From the NCBI RefSeq assembly GCF_030028105.1, contig NC_092382.1:100456699-100520698 (forward strand): 64,000 nucleotides of DNA, read 5' to 3'. Shown here piece after piece: positions 24,170-34,857 of this stretch (its first letter is position 1; every line of letters begins with the position of its first letter). Made by a program: the position numbers and the translations under genes. Source of the stretch: Mobula birostris (lineage: Eukaryota). A model generated the notes under the pieces. It did not search any database. It was not told the origin of the DNA and saw only the letters and a list, made by a program, of their open reading frames with translations.

Positions 24170-24928
24170 GTGAGTCGGCTGATTTCTGGACTCGGGGCGA
24201 CAGGTGGGCAGAGATTTCAGGGCGGGAAGTAACCCCCGAGTTATTCCCACAGCGGGGTTGGGGGTGGGGAATGGGGGCTGGATGGAGTTTGAGAGAGGGG
24301 GCACGGGAGAACTCCCCCTGAGAGAAAGAGAAAGAAGAGAGATTTTATTTTCCCGGCAGAGAAAGATCAACAACGGGAGAGGGGAAGGTGAGAGGAGAGC
24401 GAGAACGAGGGGGAAACGGGAGACAGGAGAGGTAGAAGGAAAAATTGGGAGGAGTGGAAGAGAAGGGTTGGCCTGACGGGAATGGGAGAGAGGGGAGAGA
24501 GGAAAGAAGGGGAGAAGAGAGGTGGCAGGGCAAACAGACAGGTGCAGTGGGGGATGAGAAGGGAGAGGGGACAGGGGAGAGAAAGGGGAAGCGGGAGTCT
24601 GAGGGGGAGATGGGGAAGAGAAAGGTGTGAGAGACCAGGAACTCGAAGTGAGAGAGAGAAATAGAAGGGGGAGCGAATTGGAGATAGAGTAAAAAGTGCA
24701 TCTGAAGGGTGTCAGAGGGCAGGGAGGGTAAAACGAGAGCGGGAAAGACGCGGGGAATAGGGAAGACGGGGTGAAAGGGGCTGGAGAGGATGGAGGAAGA
24801 AAGAGCGGGAGAGGGAGATATACTGTTGAAAACAGAGTCATTGTCGATAGGGAAGGGATGCTCCGACAGGTGCACAGACAGAAGGTTAGAGGCCAGGGTT
24901 TGTTTAGAGACAGCCCCGAACCGGTGTG

Positions 24929-24978
24929 TAGTTACAACGAAGCCTACTTCGGCGACGGGACAAAACTGGTCGTTTTAG
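24929..24978 (+). CDS. TRBJ: TRB joining segment J#5 (SYNEAYFGDGTKLVVL)
   Basis: FGXG; RSS TGTTTAGAG-12-CGGTGTG (24901-24928); donor G|GTAAGC. Confidence 0.95.
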
Positions 24979-25295
24979 GTAAGCGGCGGCGTGTGTCTAG
25001 CGGGGCAGAGTGAGACAAGGGAAGAGACAGTGAGATGGAGGGGGAGAGACGGCAAGGGAGATGAAAGTCAGGAGAGGGAGACGACGGGACAGCAGAGAGT
25101 GTTAGGCAGAACAAGGATACATGAGAGTGACAGGGAGAGACAGACAGAGAGAGAGAGAGATTTGTCTGGCGAAAATAGGTTCATTGTGTGCAGAGAACGG
25201 GTGCACGGACAGGGCTGGCGGAGGCAGGTGTACAGGCACAAGGCTGGAGGGTCAGGTCTTGAGGTCTTGTTTAGAGACAGCCCAGAACCGCTGTG

Positions 25296-25345
25296 TAATA
25301 CATATGAAGCCTACTTCGGCGACGGGACAAAGTTGGTCGTTCTGG
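25296..25345 (+). CDS. TRBJ: TRB joining segment J#6 (NTYEAYFGDGTKLVVL)
   Basis: FGXG; RSS TGTTTAGAG-12-CGCTGTG (25268-25295); donor G|GTAAGT. Confidence 0.95.
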
Positions 25346-25439
25346 GTAAGTGAGGGCTCGCAGAGGAGGCTGGAGGGCAGGAAAATATAGTTAGGCGCCT
25401 GCGGGAGAGAGTCCACATTGGGCTATTCACGCAACCGGG

Positions 25440-26790
25440 CGTGAGGGAGGAGAGGAAGAGGAGGCCAGACAGAAAGAGAGGGTGTGGGAGTGACAGAGAG
25501 AGGGGTGCTAGAAGGGGAAAAGGGGGGGACGGCGAGGCGACGAGGGGCAGGAGGGGAGTGAGTTAAGGGTGCAGAGGGGAGGGGGAAGGGAGTCAGGGTC
25601 GGAGGGAAATGAGCAAGAAAGTGCGATGGGAGAAGAGCAAGAGACGGCGGAACTGAGGGAGAAGGGACGAGAGAGAGAGCGGGTTGATGGGAATAGACCG
25701 TGGAGGGGAGCTGTGCCGCCGGGGCTGCCGGTGACGTGTGCGCGGACATCAGTTTAGAGGCCAGGGTTTGTTTCGAGACGGCCCCGAATCTGCGGGTAAT
25801 GTTACCGAAGCCTGCTTCGGTGACCCTCAGTCGTTCTGGGTCGGAGAGTTCCCCTCTTCCTCTGAAGTTAACTCCGAGAAGGGGGTGGGGGTGCTGGTGA
25901 TAGGGCCGCCAGATGCTTGAGGGATCGATGCGCTCCCCAGGGTCGGTTTGGGCGTCGGGAGAGGGGGGGGTCTTCTCAAGACAGAGTGTATGCGTGAGGC
26001 TGAGAGCCAGAACGTGAGAAAGAGAGAGGGGGGGGGAAAGAGAGGGGGAGAGAGTGAGGGAGAGAGAGAGAGAGAGGGGAAGAGAGGGGGGGAGAGTGAG
26101 GGAGAGAGAGAGGGAGAGACGGGAGAGAAAGAGAGGGAAAGAGAGGGGGAGAGAGGGGGAGCGAGATAGAGACATAAATAGATAAACAGAAAGGCAGAGA
26201 GATTGCAGGGGAGAGAGAGACAGACAAACAGGTAGGTACATAAACAGAGAGGGGGAGAGAGTGAGGGAGAAAGAGAGAGGCAGAGAGGTAGAGAGCGAGG
26301 AAGGGGGGGAAATAGACAGGGAGACCGATAGAAGGATAAACAGAGAGAGGAGGGTGGACATATAAAGATAGAGAGAGGTAGATAGCGAGAAGGGGAAAGA
26401 GAGAGATAGAGAAGTGGACAGACAGAGAGACGCAGAGAGTGGGGGAGCTAGGAGAGAGGCAGACAATGAGAATGAGACAAGCAGAGCTGCAGACGGTGAG
26501 TGAGAGGGAGAAAGAGAATGTGACAGATGAAGGGATGATAGAGAGAGAGAGAGACACGGAGAAATAGGATTAGGGGGAGAGAGAGAGAAAGAGAGAGACA
26601 AAGAGGTCAAGGGGGGCATACGGGGGAAGGGAGACAGACAGACAGCCGAAGGCAGAGAGGGATAGACAGAGCGGGAAAATAAACAGAGAGAGGACAGAGA
26701 GTGGCAAATGAAGACGTGCAGAGGGAAAGGCAGAAATGGAAGGATGTAGGAGAGAGTGCACGCGAGGAGGGATTGAGAGAGGCAGAGAGC
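25440..26790 (+). repeat. Polypurine (GA-rich) low-complexity tract, the largest of several next to J segments
   Basis: Near-exclusive A/G on the + strand. Similar tracts at ~12440-13000, 15120-15560, 15890-16120, 23640-24000, 24280-24830, 25000-25160 and 28050-28300. Confidence 0.9.
25797..25839 (+). pseudogene. TRBJ: TRBJ pseudogene (NVTEACFGD then frameshift)
   Basis: Flank nearly identical to J#5. Heptamer mutated to CTGCGGG (essential GTG lost), net 7-nt deletion removing GTK, weak donor GTCGGA. Confidence 0.85.
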
Positions 26791-28050
26791 GAGAGGGAGA
26801 CGGATAAGTCCCCGGGGCCTGACGGAATGTTCCCCAGGCTGCTCCACGAGGCGAGGGAAGAGATTATTGAGCCTCTGGCTAGGATCTTTATGTCCTCGTT
26901 GTCCACGGGAATGGTACCGGAGGATTGGAGGGAGGCGAATGTTGTTCCTCGTTCAAAAAAAGTTAGTAGTGATAGTCCGGGTAATTATAGACCAGTGAGC
27001 CTTACGTCTGTGGTGGGAAATTTGTTGGAAATGATGCTTAGAGATAGGATCTATGGGCATTTGGAGGATCATGGTCTGATCAGGAACAGTCAGCATGGCT
27101 TTGTGAAGGGCAGATCGTGTCTAACAAGCCTAACAAGTTCTTTGAGGAGGTGTCCAGGCATATAGATGATGGTAGTGCAGTGGATGTGATCTATATGGAC
27201 TTTAGTAAGGCATTTGACAAGGTTCCACACGATAGGCTTATTCAGAAAGTCATAAGGCATGGGATCCAGGGACGTTTGGCCAAGTGGATTCTGAATTGGC
27301 TTCCTGCAGAAGGCAGAGGGTCGTGGTGGAGGGAGTACATTCAGATTGGAGGATTGTGACTAGTGGTGTCCCACAAGGATCTGATCTGGGACCTCTATTC
27401 TTCGTGATTTTTATTAACCATCTGCATGTGGGGGTTGAAGGGTAGGTTGGCAAGTTTGAAGACGACACAAAGGTTGGTGGTGTTGTAGATAGTGTAGAGG
27501 ATTGTCGAAGATTGCAGAGAGACATTGATAGGATGCAGAAGTGGGCTGACAAGTGGGAGATGGAGTTAAACCCGCAGAAATGGTGAATCTGTGGAATTCT
27601 CTGCCAGAGGAAACAGTTGAGGCCAGTTCATTGGCTATATTTAAGAGGGAGTTAGATATGGCCCTTGTGGCTAAAGGGATCAGGGGGTATGGAGGGAAGG
27701 CAGGTACAGAGTTCTAGTTGGATGATCAGCAATGATCATACTGAATGACGGTGCAGACTCGAAGGGCCGAATGGCCTACTCCTGCACCTATTTTCTATGT
27801 TTCTGTGTTTCTAAGTGTGAGGTGGTACACTTTGGAAGGACAAACTCCAAAGCAGAGTACAGAGTAAACGGCAGGATACTTGGTAGTGTGGAGGAGCAGT
27901 GGGATCTGGGGGTACATGTCCCCAGATCCCTGAAAGTTGCCTAACAGGTAGATAGGGCAGTTAAGAAAGCTTATGGGTTGTTAGCTTTCATAAGTCGAGG
28001 GATAGAGTTTAAGAGCCGAGATGTAATGATGCAGCTCTATAAAACTGTTC
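26790..28050 (+). mobile_element. CR1 LINE with a nested CR1 3' end (27580-27810)
   Basis: KSPGPDG...HGFVKGRSCLT; RT motifs continue after the nested tail. Confidence 0.9.
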
Positions 28051-28824
28051 TATGCTCTCTGAGACAGAGAGAGACATTCAGGCCGAGGCGGTGAGAGCGA
28101 GAGTGAGGGACGGGTGACAACGATAGAGTGACCGAGAAAGGCAGCAGACGGCTAGACAGGGAGACAGGGAACGTAAGGAAAACACAGGCAGGTCATATCT
28201 ACGTTCCCCACCCCCGCCTACCCAAGTCCTTTTCTGCCTTTCTCTCTTTCTGAGAGAGGACATGGGAGAGAGAAAGGAGAGAGAGAGACGGAGGGAAGGG
28301 GGATTTACAGATCATCCCTCAATTTCCTTCACTCCAAGGAAAACAGTCCCAGCTCCTCCGTTCTTCCACTTCTAATTCAGGCCCTCCAGTCCCGGTAACA
28401 TCTGAGGCAGGAGGGTGAGGGGCTGACCAGACAGACTTTTTCTAAAAATCCCGGGTAGAGGTAAGGGGAGAAGGTCACAGCCTTTTTCCCCCCGGGGGGT
28501 CGGGAGAAAGAGGTGCGAGGTGATTCTTTTCTGATTCCTCACCGGCTTAATCCCAGCCTTGCTACAGCTGGGCGACCTGACCTGCACCCTGAATGTGGTA
28601 GGTTGGTGAGACATACACACACACACACACACAATGCTGGAGGAGCTCAGCTAGCATCCATGGAAATGAGTAAACCGTCCATACTTGGGGCCCAGACCTT
28701 TATTTCAAATGTTTTCATTGTGAAGCAACATCAGCTTAACCACAACCGACAATGTCCTAAAGTACAATAATTCTTTTGTTATTTTCTTTCTTATAACAAC
28801 TTAATGAAAGTCAAATGAATGTAT

Positions 28825-29920
28825 ATAGAACAGTACACGCAGTACAGGCCCTTCGGCCCACAATGTTATGCTGACCCTAAAACCCTGCCTCCCACATAAC
28901 CCCCCACCTTAGATTCCTCCATATACCTGTCCAGTAGTCTCTTAAACTTCACTAGTGTATCTGCCTCCACCACTGACTCAGGCAGTGCATTCCACGCACC
29001 AACCACTCTCTGAGTAAAAAACATTCCTCTGATATCCCCCTTGTGCTTCCCACCCCTTACCTTAAAGCTATGTCCTCTTGTATTGAGCAGTGGTGCCCTG
29101 GGGAAGAGGCACTGGCTGTCCACTCTATCTATTCCTCTTAATATCTTCTATACCTCTATCATGTCTCCTCTCATCCTCCATCTCTCCAAAGAGTAACGCC
29201 CTAGCTTCCTTAATCTCTGATCATACTGCATACTCTCTAAACCAGACAGCATCCTGGTAAGTCTCCTCTGTACCCTTTCCAATGCTTCCACGCCCTTCCT
29301 ATCGTGAGGTGACCAGATCTGGACACAGTACTCCAAGGCCAATTCTCTGGATTTTTTCAAAAAAGAGTTAGATAGCGCTCTTAAACATAGCGGAGTGAAG
29401 GGATATGGGGAGAAGGCAGGGAAAGGGTACTGATTGTGGATGATCAGCCATGATCACAGTGAATGGTGGTGCTGGCTCGAAGGGCTGAATGGCCTACTCC
29501 TGCACCTATTGTCTATTGTCTTTCTCTATTGTGTGGCCTAAACAGAGTTTTTTAGAGCTGCATCATTACTCGCAACTCTTAAACTCTATCCCTCGACTTA
29601 TGAAAGCTAACACCCCATAAGCTTTCTTAACTACCCTATCTCTACCTGTGAGGCAAATTCCAGGGATCCGTGGACATGTAGCCCGAGATCCCTCTGCTCC
29701 TCCACACTACCAAGTATCCTGCCATTTACTTTGTACTCTGCCTTGGAGTTTGTCCTTCCAAAGTGTCCCACCTCACACTTCTCCGGGTTGAACTCCATCT
29801 GCCACTTCTCAGCCCACTTCTGCATCCCATCAATGTCTCTCTGCAATCTTCTACACTATCCACAACACCACCAACCTTTGTGTCGTCTGCAATCTTGCCA
29901 ACCCACCCTTCTACCCCCAT
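28825..29920 (-). mobile_element. CR1 LINE with a nested opposite-strand CR1 tail (29341-29530)
   Basis: ORFs 28866-29123, 29148-29360 and 29631-29846 are colinear CR1 pieces. Confidence 0.9.
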
Positions 29921-29944
29921 GTATGTATTGTGAACAAGCAAAAA

Positions 29945-30960
29945 GCAAAGGAAACACCACCACCCCGTCGCCTTTCCCCTTCCCAGCCTGACCCTCCTCT
30001 CAGCCCTCCCGTATTCACTCTTTAGGTCACTTAGTTCAACTGTCGGTATCTTCTAAATACAACAGCAAAGGTTGCCCGATATTTTCAGATTCCTTGAGTC
30101 TGTCCTTGATAACGTATCTGCTTCTTTATAATGGCCAGAGTATCCTTTAATGCAGCCAGCCGCTGTCTGAGTGATGGAGTTGCCTCCTTTTTTCCAGAAC
30201 ATCAGTTTGAGTTTCTTTCCATTAGGTCAGGAGTTGTTGCTGGGTAGCCTCGCAGAGGTTCCAAAAAAATTGTTAAAATGGGGTCTGGTATCATCTGAAC
30301 TTTTAGTACCTTAAATGGGACCTCAAATATTTGCTTCCAGCGCTCTTGTATTCTGGGACATAAAGCATAACTGTGTGGGCATGTGGCCAAGTGGTTAAGG
30401 CACTGGACCAGCGAAGGTCGTGAGGTCGAGCCCCAGCCGAGGCAGCGTGTTGTGTCCGTGATCAAGGCACTTAACCACACAGTGCTCTGCGCCGACACTC
30501 GTGCCAAGCTGTATGGGTCCTAATGCCCTTCCCTTCAAACATCAGTGGCGTGGAGAGGGGAGACATGCAGTATGGACAGCTGCCGGTCTTCCATACAACT
30601 TTGCCCGGGCCTGCGCCCTGGAGAGCGAAGACTTTCCAGGTGCAGATCCATGGTCTCGCAAGACTAACGGATGCCTTTATTTAAAGCATAGCTATGGAAC
30701 AAATTTGCCTCCCAGGACTGGCATTTCTCACATCTCAGGGAATATTTTATGAATCCATAGTTTTGAGTAATGTAGACTATGTAGAATTGGAGACACCTCC
30801 GGGAATATTTTATGAATCCTTACTTTTGAGTAATGTAGAATATGTAGGATTTTGAATTCTATCAAACAATGCCTGGCACTGATGGAACAGGAGTTAACAT
30901 ACTTCAAAACCTCATTCCATATAACCACCTCTATCTCTGTCCCCAACTCCTTTTCCCACT
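29945..30960 (-). mobile_element. L1-clade LINE ORF2 C-terminal remnant with a ~60-bp internal duplication, interrupted by a SINE
   Basis: SARHCLIEFKILHILHYSKVRIHKIFPEVSP (partly repeated) and WKQIFE...IPDPILTIF resemble fish L1 ORF2 (from memory of the family). Confidence 0.6.
30376..30681 (+). mobile_element. CORE-type SINE with ~15-bp target-site duplication
   Basis: Flanked by TAAAGCATAACTGTG (30361) and TAAAGCATAGCTATG (30682). Confidence 0.9.
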
Positions 30961-31304
30961 ATTTTTTTAATACTCTCCGTTGTTGTTTGCGGCCCAGACC
31001 TTTCTTCAGGCCCGGAAGGGAAGGAAGTGGGGTTCATGACCTCAGTGCAAAGGGAGAAATATCCGGTCTGAATAGTCTGTCTAAGGGGGAGGGAGGTGGA
31101 GGATGAGGGACTAATAAGGCAGGAGAGGGGAGGCGAGATAGGGCATGGAAAGGGACTATTTTGCTGAAACGGGGGTGCAACTTAAAAAGGTCCCAGGTGC
31201 ACTGGGCCCTGTGAATCCTCGGGCAGGATTCCCTGAAGGGTAACTTGCAGGTTGAGTCGGTGGTAATGAAGGCAGATGCGATGTTAGTATTGATTGCAAG
31301 AGGA

Positions 31305-31860
31305 CAGAATCGGAATCCGAATCAGAATCGGGTTTATTATCACCGGCATGGGACGTGAAATTCGTTAACTTAGCAGCAGCAGCTCAATGCAATACGTAAC
31401 CTAGCAGAGAAAACAGTAATAATAAATAAAATTAAACATAATATTAAATAAACAAGTAAATCAATTACGTATATTGAATAGATTGCTTAAAAATGTGCAA
31501 AAACCGGAAATGCTGTATATTAAAAATAGCGAGGTAGTGTCCATGCGTTCAATGTCCATTTAGGAATCGGATGGCAGAGGGGAAGAAGCTGTTCCTGAAT
31601 CGCTGAGTGTGAGCCTTCAGGCTTCTGTACCTCCTGCCTGATGGTAACAGAGAGAAAAGGGCATGCCCTGGGTGCACAACGGACGGTGCCTTTCTGAGAG
31701 ACCACTCCCTAAAGATGTCCTGGGTATGTTGTAGGCCAGTGCCCAAGATGGCGCTGACTAGAATTACAACCTTCTGCAGCTTCTTTCCGGCCTGTGCAGT
31801 AGCCCCTCCATACCAGACAGTGATGCAGCCTGCCAGAATGCTCCCCACGGTACAACTATA
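31305..31860 (-). mobile_element. Rex1/Babar-type LINE 3' fragment
   Basis: CITVWYGG...HPGHALFSLLPSGRRYRSLK...NSFFPSAIRFLN; (GATTCT)-like tail. Confidence 0.85.
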
Positions 31861-32124
31861 GAACTCTGGAATACAATAGCAAGGATATAACGCTGAGATA
31901 GGGCCATTGGTTAAGGCGTACTGGCGAGCGGTTTGGGGTTCTCTATCTGTGAAAGTACGTGCTAGCATTGGGGAGGGCCCAGGGGAGGTTCACCAGAATG
32001 ATCCCCGAAATGAAAGAGTTAATGTATGATGAGTGTTTGATGGCTCTGGGCCTGTACTCGCTGGAGTTTAGAAGAATGAGGGTGATCTCATTCAAACCTA
32101 TCGAATATTCAAAAAGGCCGAAAT

Positions 32125-33647
32125 GGAGAGAATGTGGAGAGGGTGTTTCCTATGGTGGGGGAGTCTAGCACCAGAGGACACAGATAGAGTGGAAGTGCAG
32201 AGGATGTTTCCTATGGTGGGGGAGTCTAGGACCAGAGGACACAAATAGAGTGGACGTGGAGAGGATGTATCCTGTAGTTGGGGAGTCTAGGACCAGAGGA
32301 CACAGATAGAGTGGATGTGGAGAGGATGTTTCCTGTCGTGGGGGAGTCTAGGAACAGAGGACACAGATAGAGTGGATGTGGAGAGGATGTTTCCTGTAGT
32401 TGGGGAGTCTAGGCCCAGGGGACACAGATAGAGTGGATGTGGAGAGGATGTTTCCTATAGTGGGGGAGTCTAGGACCAGAGGACACAGATAGAGTGGATG
32501 TGGAGAGGATGTTTCCTATAGTGGGGGAGTCTAGGACCAGAGGATACAGATACAGTGGATGTGGAGAGGATGTTTCCTGTCGTGGGGGAGTCTAGGAACA
32601 GAGGACACAGATAGAGGGGATGTGGAGAGGATGTTTCCTATAGTGGGGGAGTCTAGGACCAGAGGACACAGATAGAGTGGATGTGGAGAGGATGTTTCCT
32701 GTAGTGGGGGAGTCTAGGACCAGAGGACACAGATACAGTGGATGTGGAGAGGATGTTTCCTGTAGTGGGAGAGTCTCGGACCAGAGGGCACAGATAGAGT
32801 GGATGTGGAGAGGATGTTTCCTGTAGTGGGGCAGTCTAGGACCAGAGGACACAGATAGAGTGGATGTGGAGAGGATGATTCCTGTAGTGGGGCAGTCTAG
32901 GACCAGAGGACACAGATAGAGTGGATGTGGAGAGGATGTTTCCTATAGTGGGGGAGTCTAGGACCAGAGGACACAGATACAGTGGATGTGGAGAGGATGT
33001 TTCCTGTAGTGTGGGAGTCTAGGACCAGAGGACACAGATAGAGTGGATGTGGAGAGGATGTTTCCTGTCGTGGGGGAGTCTAGGAACAGAGGACACAGAT
33101 AGAGGGGATGTGGAGAGGATGTTTCCTATAGTGGGGGAGTCTAGGACCAGAGGACACAGATAGAGTGGATGTGGAGAGGATGTTTCCTGTCGTGGGGGAG
33201 TCTAGGACCAGAGGACACTGATAGAGTGGATGTGGAGAGGATGTTTCCTGTAGTTGGGGAGTCTAGGACCAGAGGACACAGATAGAGTGGATGTGGAGAG
33301 GATGTTTCCTATAGTGGGGGAGTCTAGGCCCAGAGGACTCAGATAGAGTGGATGTGGAGAGGATGTTTCCTATAGTGGGGGGAGTCTAGGACCAGAGGAC
33401 ACAGATAGAGTGGATATCGAGAGGATGTTTCCTGTAGTGAGGGGAGTCTAGGACCCGAAGGTACAGACAGAGTGGATGTGGAGAGGATGTTTCTTATAGT
33501 GGGGGAGTCTAGGACCAGAGGACACAGATAGAGTGGATGTGGAGAGGATGTTCCCTATAGTGGAGGAGTCTAGGACCAGAGGACACAGATGGAGTGGATG
33601 TGCAGAGGATGTTCCCTTTAGTGGAGGAGTCCAGGACCAGAGGACAC
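32125..33647 (+). repeat. 61-bp CR1-derived minisatellite, array 3 (~25 units)
   Basis: Same unit; entered from and exiting into colinear CR1 sequence. Confidence 0.95.
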
Positions 33648-33739
33648 GGCCTTAGAATAGAAGGACATCCATTTAGAAGGGATATCAAGATAATTTTTTG
33701 CATAGGTTCGTTAGCAGTCTGGGCGTGGAAGGTCCAGAG

Positions 33740-34410
33740 GTGATAGTGCGGTCACAAGTAGACAGGGTTGTGAAGAAGGCTATTGGCATCCTGGCATTCA
33801 TAAATCAAAGTATTGAGTATAGGAGTTAGGATGTTATGGGGAGGTTGTATAAGACATTGGTGAGGCCAAATTTGGAGTATTGTGTGCAGTTCTGGTCACC
33901 TAACCATAGGAAGGATATCAGTAAGATTGAAAGAGTGCAGAGGAGATTTGCTGGGATGTTGCCGGGTCTTCAGGAGTTGAGCTGCAGGGAAAGATTGAAC
34001 AGGTTAGGACTATTCCTTGGAGCGTAGAAGAATGAGGGGGGATTTGATAGAGGTTCACAAAATTATGAGGGGTATAGACAGAGTAAATGCGAGTAGGCTT
34101 TTTCCACTTAGATGAGGAGAGATAAATACGAGAGGACGTGGCTTTAGGGTGAAAGGGGAATGGTTTGGGGTGAACTTCTTCACTCAGAGAGTGGTGGGGA
34201 TGTGGAACGGGCTGCCATCCGATGTGGTATACGTGGGATCACTCCTACGTTTTAAGAATAAATTGGATCGGTAGATGGATGGGAGAGGTCAGGAGGGTTA
34301 TGGACTGGATGCGGGTCAATAGGACTAGTGGAATAATGTTTCGGCACGGACTAGAAGGGCCGAACGCCCTGTTTTCTGTGCTGTAGTTGTCTATGGTTCT
34401 ATGGTTCTAA
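33740..34410 (+). mobile_element. 5'-truncated CR1 LINE
   Basis: [17 protein letters not shown]; tail CTATGGTTCTATGGTTCT. Confidence 0.9.
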
Positions 34411-34807
34411 TGAGTTTGAGAGGCGTAATAGATTAGCCTCGATGAAATGGCGGAACAGACTCGATGGGCCAAATGGCCGAATGCTGCTCCCATGTCTGAT
34501 GATCTGAGGGCCTATGCTGAAGAAGAGAGAGCGGAAAAGAGGGACAGAAAGTTGTCGGAGAAGGGTGGGTCAAGTTTACCGTCTCCCCGTCTCTTATGAA
34601 CACGAACAGCATTTAGCTGTCGAGGCTCCTAGACCCCGAGCTCTCCCAGCCCCTACCCCACCCCCACCTCGCCTCCCGACCGCGAAACGTTGCCCTCCTC
34701 GCGGGGGTTGCAACGGGCGAGAGTTGAGGTCGGACAGGGCCCAGCCCATGGCCGCGGCGAGCCCGGGGGCGCGGGGTCGTGTTCGCGTACGGCGCCTGAC
34801 GGCTGTG

Positions 34808-34857
34808 CTCCGGTAACGAAGCCTACTTCGGCAGCGGCACCAAACTGGTCGTTCTGG
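34808..34857 (+). CDS. TRBJ: TRB joining segment J#7 functional (SGNEAYFGSGTKLVVL), isolated 3'-most J
   Basis: FGXG; RSS TGTTCGCGT-12-GGCTGTG (34780-34807); donor G|GTAAGG. Confidence 0.9.

Noticed and set aside
25938-25995. 13-nt match CCAGGGTCGGTTT to the J#1 RSS flank
   Set aside because: No heptamer at the right distance and no J remnant; too short to call.
25423-26847. 474-aa minus-strand ORF (and similar S/L/P-rich ORFs at 14835-15623, 23385-24155, 24122-24841, 12652-13086)
   Set aside because: They are the complement of polypurine tracts, which cannot contain stop codons; low complexity, no domain, antisense to the J segments.
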